A stretch of DNA of 63,662 nt, the filler included, from Squatina squatina (Eukaryota): the NCBI GenBank assembly GCA_031763465.1. It is 4 parts of 4 records of this genome, joined end to end, with 100 filler letters (N's around TTAATTAATTAA, not from the genome) between each part and the next. Parts side by side here need not be neighbours in the genome. Positions count along the whole stretch, not along the records: positions 33,505 to 50,364 come from JARFOE010000016.1; 3 more parts are not named here. One strand, given 5' to 3'. A program made the translations under genes and the position numbers. Shown here piece after piece: positions 37,374 through 49,375 of the stretch (positions are counted from its first letter, which is position 1; the number at the start of each line of letters is the position of its first letter). The notes under the pieces were generated by a model. It was given only the letters and a program-made list of their open reading frames with translations. It searched no databases and was not told where the DNA came from.

Positions 37374-38320
37374 GTTTCGATGCTGAAATGGTGAAAACTC
37401 TGTTAAGTCACCTATTTATATTCATGGGATCCGCCCCCTTGTTGAAAAATTGCTCCTTAAAATCAACCAAGGAAACTAATTTGCTTCTTACTTTTTCCTT
37501 AAAGCATTTTCTTTTTGTTTTTTAGCTTTAGGAATTAAGTGCACCAGGTAAATATTTTATTTTACTTTACCAAGATTGTCCCATAATTTTTATGGTTCTT
37601 TTTTTCCTTTTTTCAGGAGTTTTGACCATCAGGACAGGTACGTACACAGGTAAGTATTTTTCTTTGTAGTTTTAGTTGTTGTTTTTCTTGTTTTTCAGCA
37701 TTAATTTGTTGTTCTTTTCTGTTTTTCAGGCTGGTGGAAGACAAAGAGATGATCCAAGTCCAACTCCATCGGGTGGCACTGGCTGGGTTAGGTTTTTTGT
37801 AGAAGACCGTGGTTCCAAAAGCCCGCAAAGAACCCAAGTGGGGTTAGGTTTAGGGAAAAGGGGGGGTAGGGGTTAAGAAAATTAGGTTAACGGTCCCGGG
37901 GCAGTGTCCAAGGCAGGGAACTTTGGGGATAGGGTGGGATTTGGGGATAGGATAGGAAAACTCGGGTCCCTGTAGGCCTAGAACCAACGTTATGCACGGG
38001 CCTACCACGATTTCAAAGGTCCCAGACCCCTCAAATCTCCCCTGTAGCTCTGAAAAACATCCCTCCCCTTGGTTAACACTTTGAGCTCTTTGTTGCAAGT
38101 CTATTTGGCGCTACGTTTCGGTTTGTCTGAACCTTCATCAGGCATAGACTTGCATTTTGATGTTTCTCCTGGCTGCTTCGATGCTAGAGTGATGAAAACT
38201 CTGGTCAACTGACCCTTATAAATACATGGGATACGCCCCCTTGTTCATAAAAATTGCTCCTTGAATATCAGCCAAGGAAAAATAATTAGCTTTGTAATTT
38301 TTCTGAAAGTTATTTTCCTC
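37374..38320. repeat. About 800-bp direct-repeat unit, probably Penelope-like element pLTR or retrozyme-like
   Basis: 37374-37510 (gtttcgatgctgaaatggtgaaaactctg...catgggatccgcccccttgttgaaaaattgctccttaaaatcaaccaaggaaa) recurs at 38175-38315 (gcttcgatgctagagtgatgaaaactctg...catgggatacgcccccttgttcataaaaattgctccttgaatatcagccaaggaaa). A hammerhead motif lies just before the second copy. Confidence 0.65.
38094..38154 (-). ncRNA. Minimal type I hammerhead ribozyme motif (Penelope-like element type)
   Basis: Minus strand reads UGCAAGUCUA-UGC-CUGAUGA-A-GGUU-cagaca-AACC-GAAA-CG-UA^-GCG-ccaaa-UAGACUUGCA. It has an intact core, a 4-bp stem II, a vestigial stem III in a palindromic ACGU context, and a 3+10-bp stem I. 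Confidence 0.78.
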
Positions 38321-38330
38321 TTGTAACAAT

Positions 38331-38923
38331 TTATTTTCAGAAAATGCTTCAAGAACCGATTCACAGAAATTAGTTGAATTTTCCACATCTGCAATAGAGC
38401 ATAATCCACAAACTGTCATAATGTGCAATGTATGTTCAGCATCTTTCAGATCAAAACAAGGCTTAGTGAGACATAAAGCCATCAAACATCGTTTAAAGGA
38501 TGAAAACACATTAAGTCAAAATAAAGTAAACATAATTCAAGCAAACTGTATTCAAATCGAAGAAGCAAATTCGGTTGGGAAACAAGNNNNNNNNNNAGAC
38601 ATAAGACATATCTTGTGTTGTACATCAGAAGAGAAACCCCACACCGAGGACAAAAGAGCACCATGTTCTTTGGATAATTCTGTAAATAAGGAAATTGTTC
38701 AGTCTGACCAGCAACTTGTCTTAAAAAGAGATAAACACATCAAAGGAAATAGTTCTACATTCACATCAAATGAAATTGTTTTACATTGCAAAGAAAATCA
38801 ACATCTTAGCAAAGCAGCTGTTAACGCAGATGAAATCCACTATGGCAGCACAAAGGGAGAAACTAAACCTCATGTCATACAGTCTGGCCAGGATACTGGT
38901 GTAATAGCTTGCACAGAAAAATT
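38331..38923 (+). CDS. ZNF469: ZNF469 fragment 3 with an isolated C2H2 finger
   Basis: CNVCSASFRSKQGLVRHKAIKH (recalled human CEVCAASFRSGPGLSRHKARKH); the 5' boundary is approximate. Confidence 0.85.
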
Positions 38924-39911
38924 NNNNNNNNNNNNNNNNNNNNNNNNNNNNNNNNNNNNNNNNNNNNNNNNNNNNNNNNNNNNNNNNNNNNNNNNNNNNN
39001 NNNNNNNNNNNNNNNNNNNNNNNNNNNNNNNNNNNNNNNNNNNNNNNNNNNNNNNNNNNNNNNNNNNNNNNNNNNNNNNNNNNNNNNNNNNNNNNNNNNN
39101 NNNNNNNNNNNNNNNNNNNNNNNNNNNNNNNNNNNNNNNNNNNNNNNNNNNNNNNNNNNNNNNNNNNNNNNNNNNNNNNNNNNNNNNNNNNNNNNNNNNN
39201 NNNNNNNNNNNNNNNNNNNNNNNNNNNNNNNNNNNNNNNNNNNNNNNNNNNNNNNNNNNNNNNNNNNNNNNNNNNNNNNNNNNNNNNNNNNNNNNNNNNN
39301 NNNNNNNNNNNNNNNNNNNNNNNNNNNNNNNNNNNNNNNNNNNNNNNNNNNNNNNNNNNNNNNNNNNNNNNNNNNNNNNNNNNNNNNNNNNNNNNNNNNN
39401 NNNNNNNNNNNNNNNNNNNNNNNNNNNNNNNNNNNNNNNNNNNNNNNNNNNNNNNNNNNNNNNNNNNNNNNNNNNNNNNNNNNNNNNNNNNNNNNNNNNN
39501 NNNNNNNNNNNNNNNNNNNNNNNNNNNNNNNNNNNNNNNNNNNNNNNNNNNNNNNNNNNNNNNNNNNNNNNNNNNNNNNNNNNNNNNNNNNNNNNNNNNN
39601 NNNNNNNNNNNNNNNNNNNNNNNNNNNNNNNNNNNNNNNNNNNNNNNNNNNNNNNNNNNNNNNNNNNNNNNNNNNNNNNNNNNNNNNNNNNNNNNNNNNN
39701 NNNNNNNNNNNNNNNNNNNNNNNNNNNNNNNNNNNNAATTCATCAAATGTGTGTGTTTTTAGTCCATTGATGAGAGGAATGGTATTGTTGGACAAAGTAT
39801 TTGAACGATTAGCCTCAATTTTTTCCTAATAATGCTCCATTAACCTTGATTTCAGAAATACGAGCTTCCTGTGGCATGAGAAAAACTGTGCTCCTCATAT
39901 GCTAAATTAGG

Positions 39912-40755
39912 CTTCTTGGACCAGAATGGTTCCAAGGAAATGGTGTGCTCCAAGCAGATTTTATGATGGAAGATAGTGAACATGTTTCCATGTCTTGTAG
40001 AGATGATCTTCACAACATCAAGAGGTCTGAGCATTATGAAACCATTTCAATGGATGATACCATAATGCTGCATACAAGTCATAACAGCAAAACACTGGCC
40101 AATAAAAATATTTCTGTCTGTGATGAACTTAAAAGACTTAGAGATGAGACACATGAATGTAGAAGTCAAGATGTCCTAGAAAGTACAGAAATGTCTGAAA
40201 ATGATAGCAGTAATATAATGGGGTTACTGTATCAAAACTGCAAAATAGAAACAATGTCTGAAGCTGATCTAAATTCTACAGGATGGAGCAATCCTCAAGA
40301 AGCAGTAGGCATCTCAACACATGGTGACATTACCTCATTTGATGTGTCTTCAGAAAAAGTGCCAGACACACACAATCGGATTTCAACCATTCAGAGTCAA
40401 CAGGAACTATCAGAATCATTATCTTCCCAATTGTTAGAACCTTATGATAGTTTGGCCTCTGATCAGTGCATTCTGGCAAGTTTAGATGTCAGTGATATCC
40501 AAGTCTTGAACCGAGGCTATGAACTTCCAGATAGGCATCTATTTAATTCCCCTGGGAATAAATCCTCTATTTCTAATGTTGAAAACAGTATGAGTGAGGA
40601 GACAAGCCAAAACGTAAAATTATCCAAGGTTAGGTCAGAGGATGGGAAAATGGCAAAGAACCGGAGCGACATCAGTATTAAATCCAAAGATAAGCAGTAC
40701 AAGTGTAAAGTTTGCTTTCAGTGGTTTCTCACTCTTGGAGAACTCGACTTTCACA
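39912..40755 (+). CDS. ZNF469: ZNF469 fragment 4
   Basis: About 280 open codons ending KDKQYKCKVCFQWFLTLGELDFH (recalled human YKCKVCFQRFRSLGELDLH). Confidence 0.88.
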
Positions 40756-41168
40756 NNNNNNNNNNNNNNNNNNNNNNNNNNNNNNNNNNNNNNNNNNNNN
40801 NNNNNNNNNNNNNNNNNNNNNNNNNNNNNNNNNNNNNNNNNNNNNNNNNNNNNNNNNNNNNNNNNNNNNNNNNNNNNNNNNNNNNNNNNNNNNNNNNNNN
40901 NNNNNNNNNNNNNNNNNNNNNNNNNNNNNNNNNNNNNNNNNNNNNNNNNNNNNNNNNNNNNNNNNNNNNNNNNNACCAAGTGCGCATTTATCAACAGACC
41001 CTGAGTCTTTGAAATATCAGCCAACAGGTCGAACAGTTCAAGTTCACTCACAAGCAAAAGGTATCCTTTCCTCATCAGGTCAGGCTGTACGTGTGTCTTG
41101 CTAAACCCAGGGACAGAAGCAACCTAATATCTTACGTTCTTATGTTCTAATATCATGATGGAAGTTGA

Positions 41169-41865
41169 AAGTGCGCCGTTAAAAATAAACTGAATTTTAC
41201 AAGTGCACTTAAACTGTCAACTTCCTCAAATCCAGAGCTTATGCAGAAGACTGAACCAACACAGAAGAACATTTCCATCCATCCTGATTGCAAGGACCCT
41301 TCAAGAGATTGTCATCATTGTGGGAAACAATTTCCCAAACCATTTAAACTTCAAAGACACTTAGTTGTTCACAGTTTGCAGAAAATTTATCTATGTTATA
41401 AGTGTCCCATTTTCTATTTGGAAATGCAAGAGCTGAGAGCCCATCTTAAAGGTGAACACAGAGTAATAGAAGAACCTGAAGTTAAACATACAACGCTGTA
41501 TACATGTGAACTGTGTGCTGATGTTATGCATGTCATAAAAAAGTCTTTTATCTGCAGCACTTGTAACTACACCTTTTCAAAAAAAGAACAGTATGACAGG
41601 CATATGGAAAAGCACCTGGCAGGGGGAAGTAAGACCCATAAATTTCGAGGAGTGATGAGACCACATGTTCCTTTGCAGGATGGAAATCTTGATCCACAGG
41701 GCAGTCTAGCCCAATCTTACTCAAGTATTTCTTTGCCACCCAATAAAAAACAGAAGACCAATCACAATGGTCTGATTGAAATTAATACAGAAAATAATAG
41801 TCCAACTATTTCTTCCATTCATTTTGAGCACAATATTTGTGAAAGATCATTGCATGGGCCTCCAG
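41169..41865 (+). CDS. ZNF469: ZNF469 fragment 5, C-terminal zinc-finger cluster
   Basis: [23 protein letters not shown]...[40 protein letters not shown], diagnostic ZNF469 fingers. Confidence 0.95.
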
Positions 41866-41965
41866 NNNNNNNNNNNNNNNNNNNNNNNNNNNNNNNNNNN
41901 NNNNNNNNNNNNNNNNNNNNNNNNNNNNNNNNNNNNNNNNNNNNNNNNNNNNNNNNNNNNNNNNN

Positions 41966-42370
41966 TGTGCTCGCTGACCTACATTGGTTCCCGGTTAAGC
42001 AACACCTCGATTTAAAAATTCTCATCCTCGTTTTCAAATCCCTCCATGGCCTTGTCCCTCAATATCTCTGTAATCTCCTTCAGCCCCACAACCCCCCCGA
42101 GATGTCTGCGCTCCTTTAATTCTGCTCTCTTGAGCATCCCTGATTATAATCGCTCAACCATTGGTGGCTGTGCCTTCTGTTGCCTCGGCCCTAAGCACTG
42201 GAATTCCCTGCCTAAACCTCTCCATCTCTCTACCACTCTTTCCTCCTTCAAGGTGCTCCTTAATACCTGCCCTTATGTGGCTCGGTGTCAAATATTTTGT
42301 CTCATAATACTCCTGTGAAGTGCCCCGGGACGTTTTAAACACGCTATATAAATACACGTTGTTGTTGTTA
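41966..42370 (+). mobile_element. L2-clade LINE 3' end with (TTG)n tail
   Basis: VLADLHWFPVKQHLDLKILILVFKSLHGLVPQYLCNLL, then 3' UTR ending gctatataaatacacgttgttgttgtt. Confidence 0.88.
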
Positions 42371-42504
42371 TTGAAATTTAGGCAAATTTGTCTTAAGACC
42401 CTTCACTTAAAATCAATAACACTACATTAACTGATTTAATTGTATTTCCATATGGAATAAATTGAGGTAAAAGGAAGATCTAAATACTGAATGTGTAAAA
42501 CAAA

Positions 42505-43242
42505 ATGAAATGTGTATTTAAACCAAATGTCAATGTTGTCCAGAGTAACCATTCAGCAAAAGAAAAGATAAAACAATCTGAATCATGTGAGAGTTTGAAA
42601 CAAACAAATGAACTCCAGAAAGTACCTTACAGTAGCCATGTAAAAATAGCATCTACTGAAAAGACAAAGCAAAATTCCAGTGAATATAAGCCTTCAGAGA
42701 AGCTGGTCATAGATTTAGAGTCAAAACTCAGTCAGAAAAAGCGAAAGGAGCACAAGCCTTCCAGTGTCAAATACAGTAGTAGCTACAGGATAACAGTAGA
42801 TGAGGGGAGCAAAAAGAGAAAGCAGATGAGAACTGACTACATGAGGAAATCTGACATTCCACTAGATAATCAGGGTATTACTACTTCCAGAGATGAGACA
42901 ACAGCCAGCCATCTGACCTCCAGAGCAAAACCGTGGACAAATAGTTCTCAATCTAAAAAAAATGGAATGATTTTCTGTCCACCTAAGCAACCTGAAATGC
43001 GATCAGTCAATGGGGAATTCAGGCACAAGAAGGAGTTAATCTCAAAACCTCTGCTTTATTCAAAGGGAGGAGTTCAGTCTGTGAACAGTTCAATTAGAAA
43101 ACATAGATTGATGCAAGGCGTAAAGCCTATTGAATCACATAATTATCGGACAGCAGAATCACAAAGTAATCTTCTCAGCCAATTATTTGGACAAAAAATA
43201 ACTAGCTTCAAGATTCCTTTAAGAAAAGACACCTCAGAGTGA
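42505..43242 (+). CDS. ZNF469: ZNF469 terminal fragment with stop codon
   Basis: Ends [32 protein letters not shown], matching the recalled human end [31 protein letters not shown]. Confidence 0.95.
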   Translation: [245 protein letters not shown]

Positions 43243-45379
43243 ATTAATGCAGCTGACTTATGGGGATATTAATAATTGAATCTGCTCCCAGAAAACTGTG
43301 GAAAAAATCATCAAAGCGTTAGATTTCTGCAGCATTATTTCTGCATATAGCTGGAATGGCCTTGCTCAGACGTCTCTGTGAAATACTATACTTTGTGTCC
43401 ATAATTGCATACTTTGATTCACCTGTTTTATCATGTTGTATCATATGACTTTGATGTTGCTAATGAGAAAATTTAATCGCTTTGGGCAGATTGAGTTCTG
43501 ATGGGTAATTACCTTAAACATCAGNNNNNNNNNNNNNNNNNNNNNNNNNNNNNNNNNNNNNNNNNNNNNNNNNNNNNNNNNNTTTCATTGTGGGTGTCAG
43601 GAAAGGAACAATGTCGTTCTTGGTTATTCTGCAGACTGAAACACTTAGAATCCTAATGTAATATTTTTTTCAACCTGAGGCATACTTTGACCTTGTTAAA
43701 ATGGCCACATAATGTATGTTTGATTTAAATTGATATGTGTTTAAAAGAACAATGGAAATCCCCTGACATAGAGATGGCTGACAAAATTTACAGTATGGTT
43801 AAAAAAAATATGCTGACTTTGAGTACAAGGTCTTTGAAAATCTATGTAGTTTTGTAAGAAGCTAAAGTAAGGCATCATACAGCATTTCATTTTACAAAAT
43901 TGCTAATCTTTTCTCTATTCTCCTTGTTTCCCTTCCCCATCCAGTCAGTAAAAGTAACCAGGCTAACTATTATCTGCATTGCATTATTGTGCTCTCATCA
44001 CTGTCAACTTCTATGGCTGTCTGACTATTGTCAATCTTTCATTCAGGCCATCTTATACATGGTCCCACTATGACCATCTCAGCTTTGGTCTTTTCCCTTT
44101 TATCATCTACTGAGAATACCAACCGTCTGCCATTCATACCCACCATAGCCTTCTCACTGTGTCCTGCTCTGCAACTCCATACAGGCCACTCTTTCTCATA
44201 ACTCCAGTGTTGGTCACATTTTCCTCCCAAGCATGCTACNNNNNNNNNNNNNNNNNNNNNNNNNNNNNNNNNNNNNNNNNNNNNNNNNNNNNNNNNNNNN
44301 NNNNNNNNNNNNNNNNNNNNNNNNNNNNNNNNNNNNNNNNNNNNNNNNNNNNNNNNNNNNNNNNNNNNNNNNNNNNNNNNNNNNNNNNNNNNNNNNNNNN
44401 NNNNNNNNNNNNNNNNNNNNNNNNNNNNNNNNNNNNNNNNNNNNNNNNNNNNNNNNNNNNNNNNNNNNNNNNNNNNNNNNNNNNNNNNNNNNNNNNNNNN
44501 NNNNNNNNNNNNNNNNNNNNNNNNNNNNNNNNNNNNNNNNNNNNNNNNNNNNNNNNNNNNNNNNNNNNNNNNNNNNNNNNNNNNNNNNNNNNNNNNNNNN
44601 NNNNNNNNNNNNNNNNNNNNNNNNNNNNNNNNNNNNNNNNNNNNNNNNNNNNNNNNNNNNNNNNNNNNNNNNNNNNNNNNNNNNNNNNNNNNNNNNNNNN
44701 NNNNNNNNNNNNNNNNNNNNNNNNNNNNNNNNNNNNNNNNNNNNNNNNNNNNNNNNNNNNNNNNNNNNNNNNNNNNNNNNNNNNNNNNNNNNNNNNNNNN
44801 NNNNNNNNNNNNNNNNNNNNNNNNNNNNNNNNNNNNNNNNNNNNNNNNNNNNNNNNNNNNNNNNNNNNNNNNNNNNNNNNNNNTACCGTCTTCCTCAAAG
44901 CAAAACAATTGGAAAGTCGCTTTACCTGTTGGAAACACAATATGCTGTTATGTTGAATTGGAATTTTGTATACAGATTTTATCTTATGTGTAAATCTTAA
45001 AATTGTATGCTTATTTCATTGGAATAGAAACTCAGGTGCAAGAAAAGATATTTCATGTTATTGATGAACTCCCTGATCAAGGAGATATAATGTATGCACT
45101 GAAGTTATGATGCAGACATTTGGAGTATGTTATGGCTGTCCTGCAAATTTTAGATCAAAGGTGCTTTATTCTGTTTGATGTGTATCGTTATATCATATTG
45201 TAAAATATTTAGGTAACTTACTTTTGGGTGCAATGCATATTTCAGAAAAGGCAGTACATTTTGAATTTAACCCCTGTGTTTGTTAAGAAATAAGTTGATA
45301 GTAGACACTTACCGAGCTATAAACCTGGCAAAAAACATACACAAGATTAAAAGATGGAGGGAAGGCCATTGATAGATTT

Positions 45380-45552
45380 GAAATTAGTTGGGCCTAGGAA
45401 GCTGCCCTGAGGAATTTCTGAAATGATAAGCTGGTGCTGAGATGATTGGCCTCCAACAACCACACCATCTTCCTTTGTGCCAGGTATGACTCCAACCACT
45501 GGAGAGGTTTTCCCCTGATCCCCATTGACTTCAGTTTTACTAGGGACCATTG
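45380..45552 (-). mobile_element. LINE reverse-transcriptase fragment
   Basis: VVVGGQSS...SEIPQGSFLGPTNF, a PQGSxLGP RT motif. Confidence 0.7.
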
Positions 45553-46546
45553 NNNNNNNNNNNNNNNNNNNNNNNNNNNNNNNNNNNNNNNNNNNNNNNN
45601 NNNNNNNNNNNNNNNNNNNNNNNNNNNNNNNNNNNNNNNNNNNNNNNNNNNNTCTTAATTTGTAAGTGTGTTGCAAAAGTGCCTTTCAGTATCATATAAA
45701 TGTTGGTTATTATAAACCAAAGATGCATCTGTTTTTTTACAGTATTGTAGACATGTATTGACTGTGTTTTTAAAATCTTTATATGGAAAGTTAAATAATT
45801 CACATTAAGCTTAAAAGCAATTCATTGTGTATATATTGCAACAGTAGTTTGCTGACTTTACACAAAGCAGAAATGCTTAAAAACTACTTATATTGGACTT
45901 TTTGACCAATTTGCCTTTGCAGCTTTCTGTAAATTCGCAGATGATATTTGCACGTGCACTTAAATAAATATTTTCAGCATGTTTAATTCTAGCAGGAAAC
46001 AAGTGTGAATTAATGTGCTGTGTTTTTGTATATTGTTTGGAAAATGTTAAATTATTGATTTTTATTAATATTTTGAAAATGGGTTACAGTGATAACCTGC
46101 AGAAGTTATTTTCCAACTTTGCACTTAGTAGGAAGCCTTGCCCATCGGGAGCACATTTCGTAAATTTGGGTGTGTGCTGCACATGATTTTCAAATCATTT
46201 AAATCAACATTTGGGCAGTCAAGCTCAACAGCATTTGATTTTCCAACATACACTGCCAATGGCATAGGCTTCCCACCAAAGGCCAAAGTCAGAAAATTCC
46301 CCCCTGCATGTTTGTCAAAATGCAATTAATTCTGTTCTAAACTTCTTTACATTGATGGCTTTAAAATGTGTGTAGTTTAAAAACAGGATTAGTGACCAGT
46401 TCATAGTGAAGCCTATTTCTGTGGGTGCCATTTGCTCTCTATGTTTNNNNNNNNNNNNNNNNNNNNNNNNNNNNNNNNNNNNNNNNNNNNNNNNNNNNNN
46501 NNNNNNNNNNNNNNNNNNNNNNNNNNNNNNNNNNNNNNNNNNNNNN

Positions 46547-46815
46547 TCACTTCACACTTCTCTGTATTAAACTCCATCTGCCACTTGTCTGCCCATTCTG
46601 CTAACCTATCTATGTCCTGTTGTGGTTGATTGGTTTCATCCTCGTTGTTTGCCGTACCTCCAAGTTTGGTATCATCAGCAAATTTTGAAATTTTACTCTG
46701 TATTCTAATATCCAAGTAATTTATATATGTCAAAAAAGCAGTGGACCTAGCACTGAACCCTGGGGAACACCACTGTCTACCATCCATCCTCCAGTCTGAA
46801 AAACAACCATTGCTA
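46547..46815 (-). mobile_element. CR1 LINE RT fragment
   Basis: SGVPQGSVLGPLLF and SKISKFADDTKLGG...WADKWQMEFNTEKCEV. Confidence 0.9.
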
Positions 46816-47690
46816 AACATTGATGGAGTCGAAGCCCTTGCGGTTGATCCAGGGGAATCTGGAGGCACCTTGATTGCCACATGTGTGCAATCAACGACTC
46901 CCCGGATCTGTGGGAAGCCAGCAAGAGCCTGCTCATTCTGACTGGCCTCACCGGTTGCAAAGTACACGTAATTGCCGACCCTGTCAAATATGGCATCGTT
47001 CACCTGAATGATGCTTTGTTGGCAGCAGATTGCGAGAGTCTGTAGATATCTCCAGCAGATCCCTGGAAATAGCCAGAGGTGAAGGAATTGAGGGCAGTGG
47101 TGCCTTTGACAGCGACTGGCAAAGCGTACTCACCAGGTCTACTCGGAAGGAGGTCTTCATCCAGGACGCTGCAAATGTCTGTGATTACTTGATGCAATAT
47201 CCTGAGCGTCCTGAGGCACTGGTATTCCGACATGTCCAGGAAGCTGATCCTCTACCTATATTCCTGCGAGCTGCACCCTTGTGCTCTTCCCTTCTCTCCT
47301 GTGGAGCGGCAGGTCGGTGAGGAGAAGCTTGCTGCTGCTCCTGCTGGTGCTTCTTCTGCTGCCAGTGCTGTTGCTGCTGATGCTCATCTTGGCCTTCTTC
47401 TGCATAAGTGGCACCCATACTGAACTGATGCTTGACAGATGGAAAGATGGTAGCTCATGCTCACAAAAATCCAAGGTAGCAGAAAAGACCTCCAAAGTAG
47501 TGGAAATCAGCTGCAACACAGTGAAAGCAAACTCTCCAAAAGCCTTTCACCTAGGCAAGGAAGCAGATGCGAGGTCTGAGTGCTTATAGGATTGTTTGCC
47601 TGTCATTTGGTCAGCCCCCTCAATTCACACTGCCAGCTCGCCTTGCTTTCACTGGCGAGTTCCAGTTAAAACAGCTCCCAATTTCCTATT
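46816..47690 (-). mobile_element. PIF/Harbinger transposase 5' half, pseudogene
   Basis: MSEYQCLRTLR...ALPVAVKGTTALNSFTSGYFQGSAGD and LAGFPQIRGVVDCTHVAIK; frameshifted, with a Q-rich N-terminus. Confidence 0.85.
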
Positions 47691-47799
47691 ATTATCTNNN
47701 NNNNNNNNNNNNNNNNNNNNNNNNNNNNNNNNNNNNNNNNNNNNNNNNNNNNNNNNNNNNNNNNNNNNNNNNNNNNNNNNNNNNNNNNNNNNNNNNNGG

Positions 47800-48172
47800 G
47801 GGAGGGGTGTTATGGAACAAAGTAGATTAAGCAGCGATTTGATAGATATGTTTATAATTATGAAGGATGGGACAGATAGAAACAGACTTCTTCCAGTGAT
47901 TGATGGGTGTAGAACAAGAGGACACAGGTACAAGCATAAATATAAGAGATTTAGGATAGAGAGCTGGAGGGTTGTGAGGCTGTGGAATGCACCTCAGGAG
48001 TTAGTGATTGACGCAGAGATTTCGGAATAGATTAGGCAGGTGTTTGAAGGAAATGAGAATAAGCAATATTGGAAGAGCGACATGGAATTAGGACTACTTC
48101 TCATTTGGAGGATAAACATTAATTTGGACTGATTGGAAAAACAGCCTGTTTCCATGTTGTAATTTCTATGTA
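47800..48172 (+). mobile_element. Old CR1 LINE 3' end
   Basis: DLIDMFIIMK...CRTRGHRYK...RVVRLWNA, with tail ttgtaatttctatgta. Confidence 0.7.
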
Positions 48173-48929
48173 GTTCTGTGTCAAGGATCACACATAAATA
48201 ATGAACATTTGGCTGAAGTATTGGAAGGTATCCATTACCCATGGAATGGTACTCCAGCAAGGTTCACCTTCAGGAGAAGAGAATATTTGTGAGAAGAAGA
48301 CAAATCAGAAAAATCAGGTACTGATCAGTTTTTTTCAGCANNNNNNNNNNTTGTGCAGAAATGATTTGGAAGAGTTATATTTGAGTGGTGTTTTATCAAA
48401 GTCATTTCAAGCAGGTCTAAAATTCTGTTTACAACCATGAGCTATAGTTGCTGTGACAAAGAATTTCTTTGTTACTGGGCCAAGCATTGAAGATGTGCGG
48501 TAAAGCAAAACAAGCCACTTTGAACTGTCCGAGCTCACGATCTACTTCAAACTCAGACAATGAGACTCAGTTAATTCATTTCAATCTCATTAAGTCCATT
48601 CGTTTTGAGAATATTAAGAAATGGATTCTTGAGACTCACACCCCAACAGTAGGAGGGCAACAGGCGGGGCAGAAAGCGGTTTTACTGACAGGCCGATGAC
48701 TCACTGAGCGGGGAAGAAAGCAAAGGGACTTCCTTTCCACTTCCTGGAAACACTGGGAAAGAGCAAAGGGACATTTGTCACGCCAGTCAGCCAGCTAAGT
48801 CNNNNNNNNNNNNNNNNNNNNNNNNNNNNNNNNNNNNNNNNNNNNNNNNNNNNNNNNNNNNNNNNNNNNNNNNNNNNNNNNNNNNNNNNNNNNNNNNNNN
48901 NCGCCCGTTTTTGAGACTATCCAAATTTT

Positions 48930-49375
48930 AGTCCCATTTGCTTTATTAACTGTTTTTTTAACCTGACCTGCCACCTTTGAAGATTTATGCACAAATACCC
49001 CCAGGTCTTTCTGTTCTTGCACCCACTTTAAAATTGTACCATTTAACTTGTATTGTCTATCCTCATTCTTCCTACCAAAATGTATCACCTCATACTTTTC
49101 TGCGTTGAATTTCATCTGCCATGTGTCCACCCATTCCATCCATGACCTCTTGAAGTCTATTACCATTTTCCTCACTGTTTACTACACTTCCAAGTTTCGT
49201 GTGATCTTCAAAATTTCAAAATTGTTCCCTGTACCCCCAAGTGCAAGTCCAAGTCATTATTGTATATCAAAACAGCAGTGGTCCTAGTACTTGGGGAACT
49301 CCACTGTATACTTCCCTCCAGTCTGAAAAACAGCCATTCACCACAATTCTAATTTTCTATCCGTTAGCCAACTTT
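48930..49375 (-). mobile_element. CR1 LINE RT fragment
   Basis: EWVDTWQMKFNAEKYEVIHFGRKN...VQEQKDLGVFVHKSSKVAGQV. Confidence 0.88.

Noticed and set aside
37608-37640. Possible second hammerhead (minus strand CTGATGG...GAAA)
   Set aside because: The core deviates from CUGANGA and stems I and II do not pair convincingly; the region looks error-rich.
37785-37875. Telomere-like GGGTTAGG/TTTAGGG motifs in the repeat unit
   Set aside because: Only two or three imperfect units in noisy G-rich sequence; too little to call an interstitial telomere or a telomere-targeted retroelement.
42505-42507. ATG as the start of an independent 245-aa gene
   Set aside because: The peptide is the ZNF469 C-terminus; the apparent start arises from a break or frameshift just upstream.
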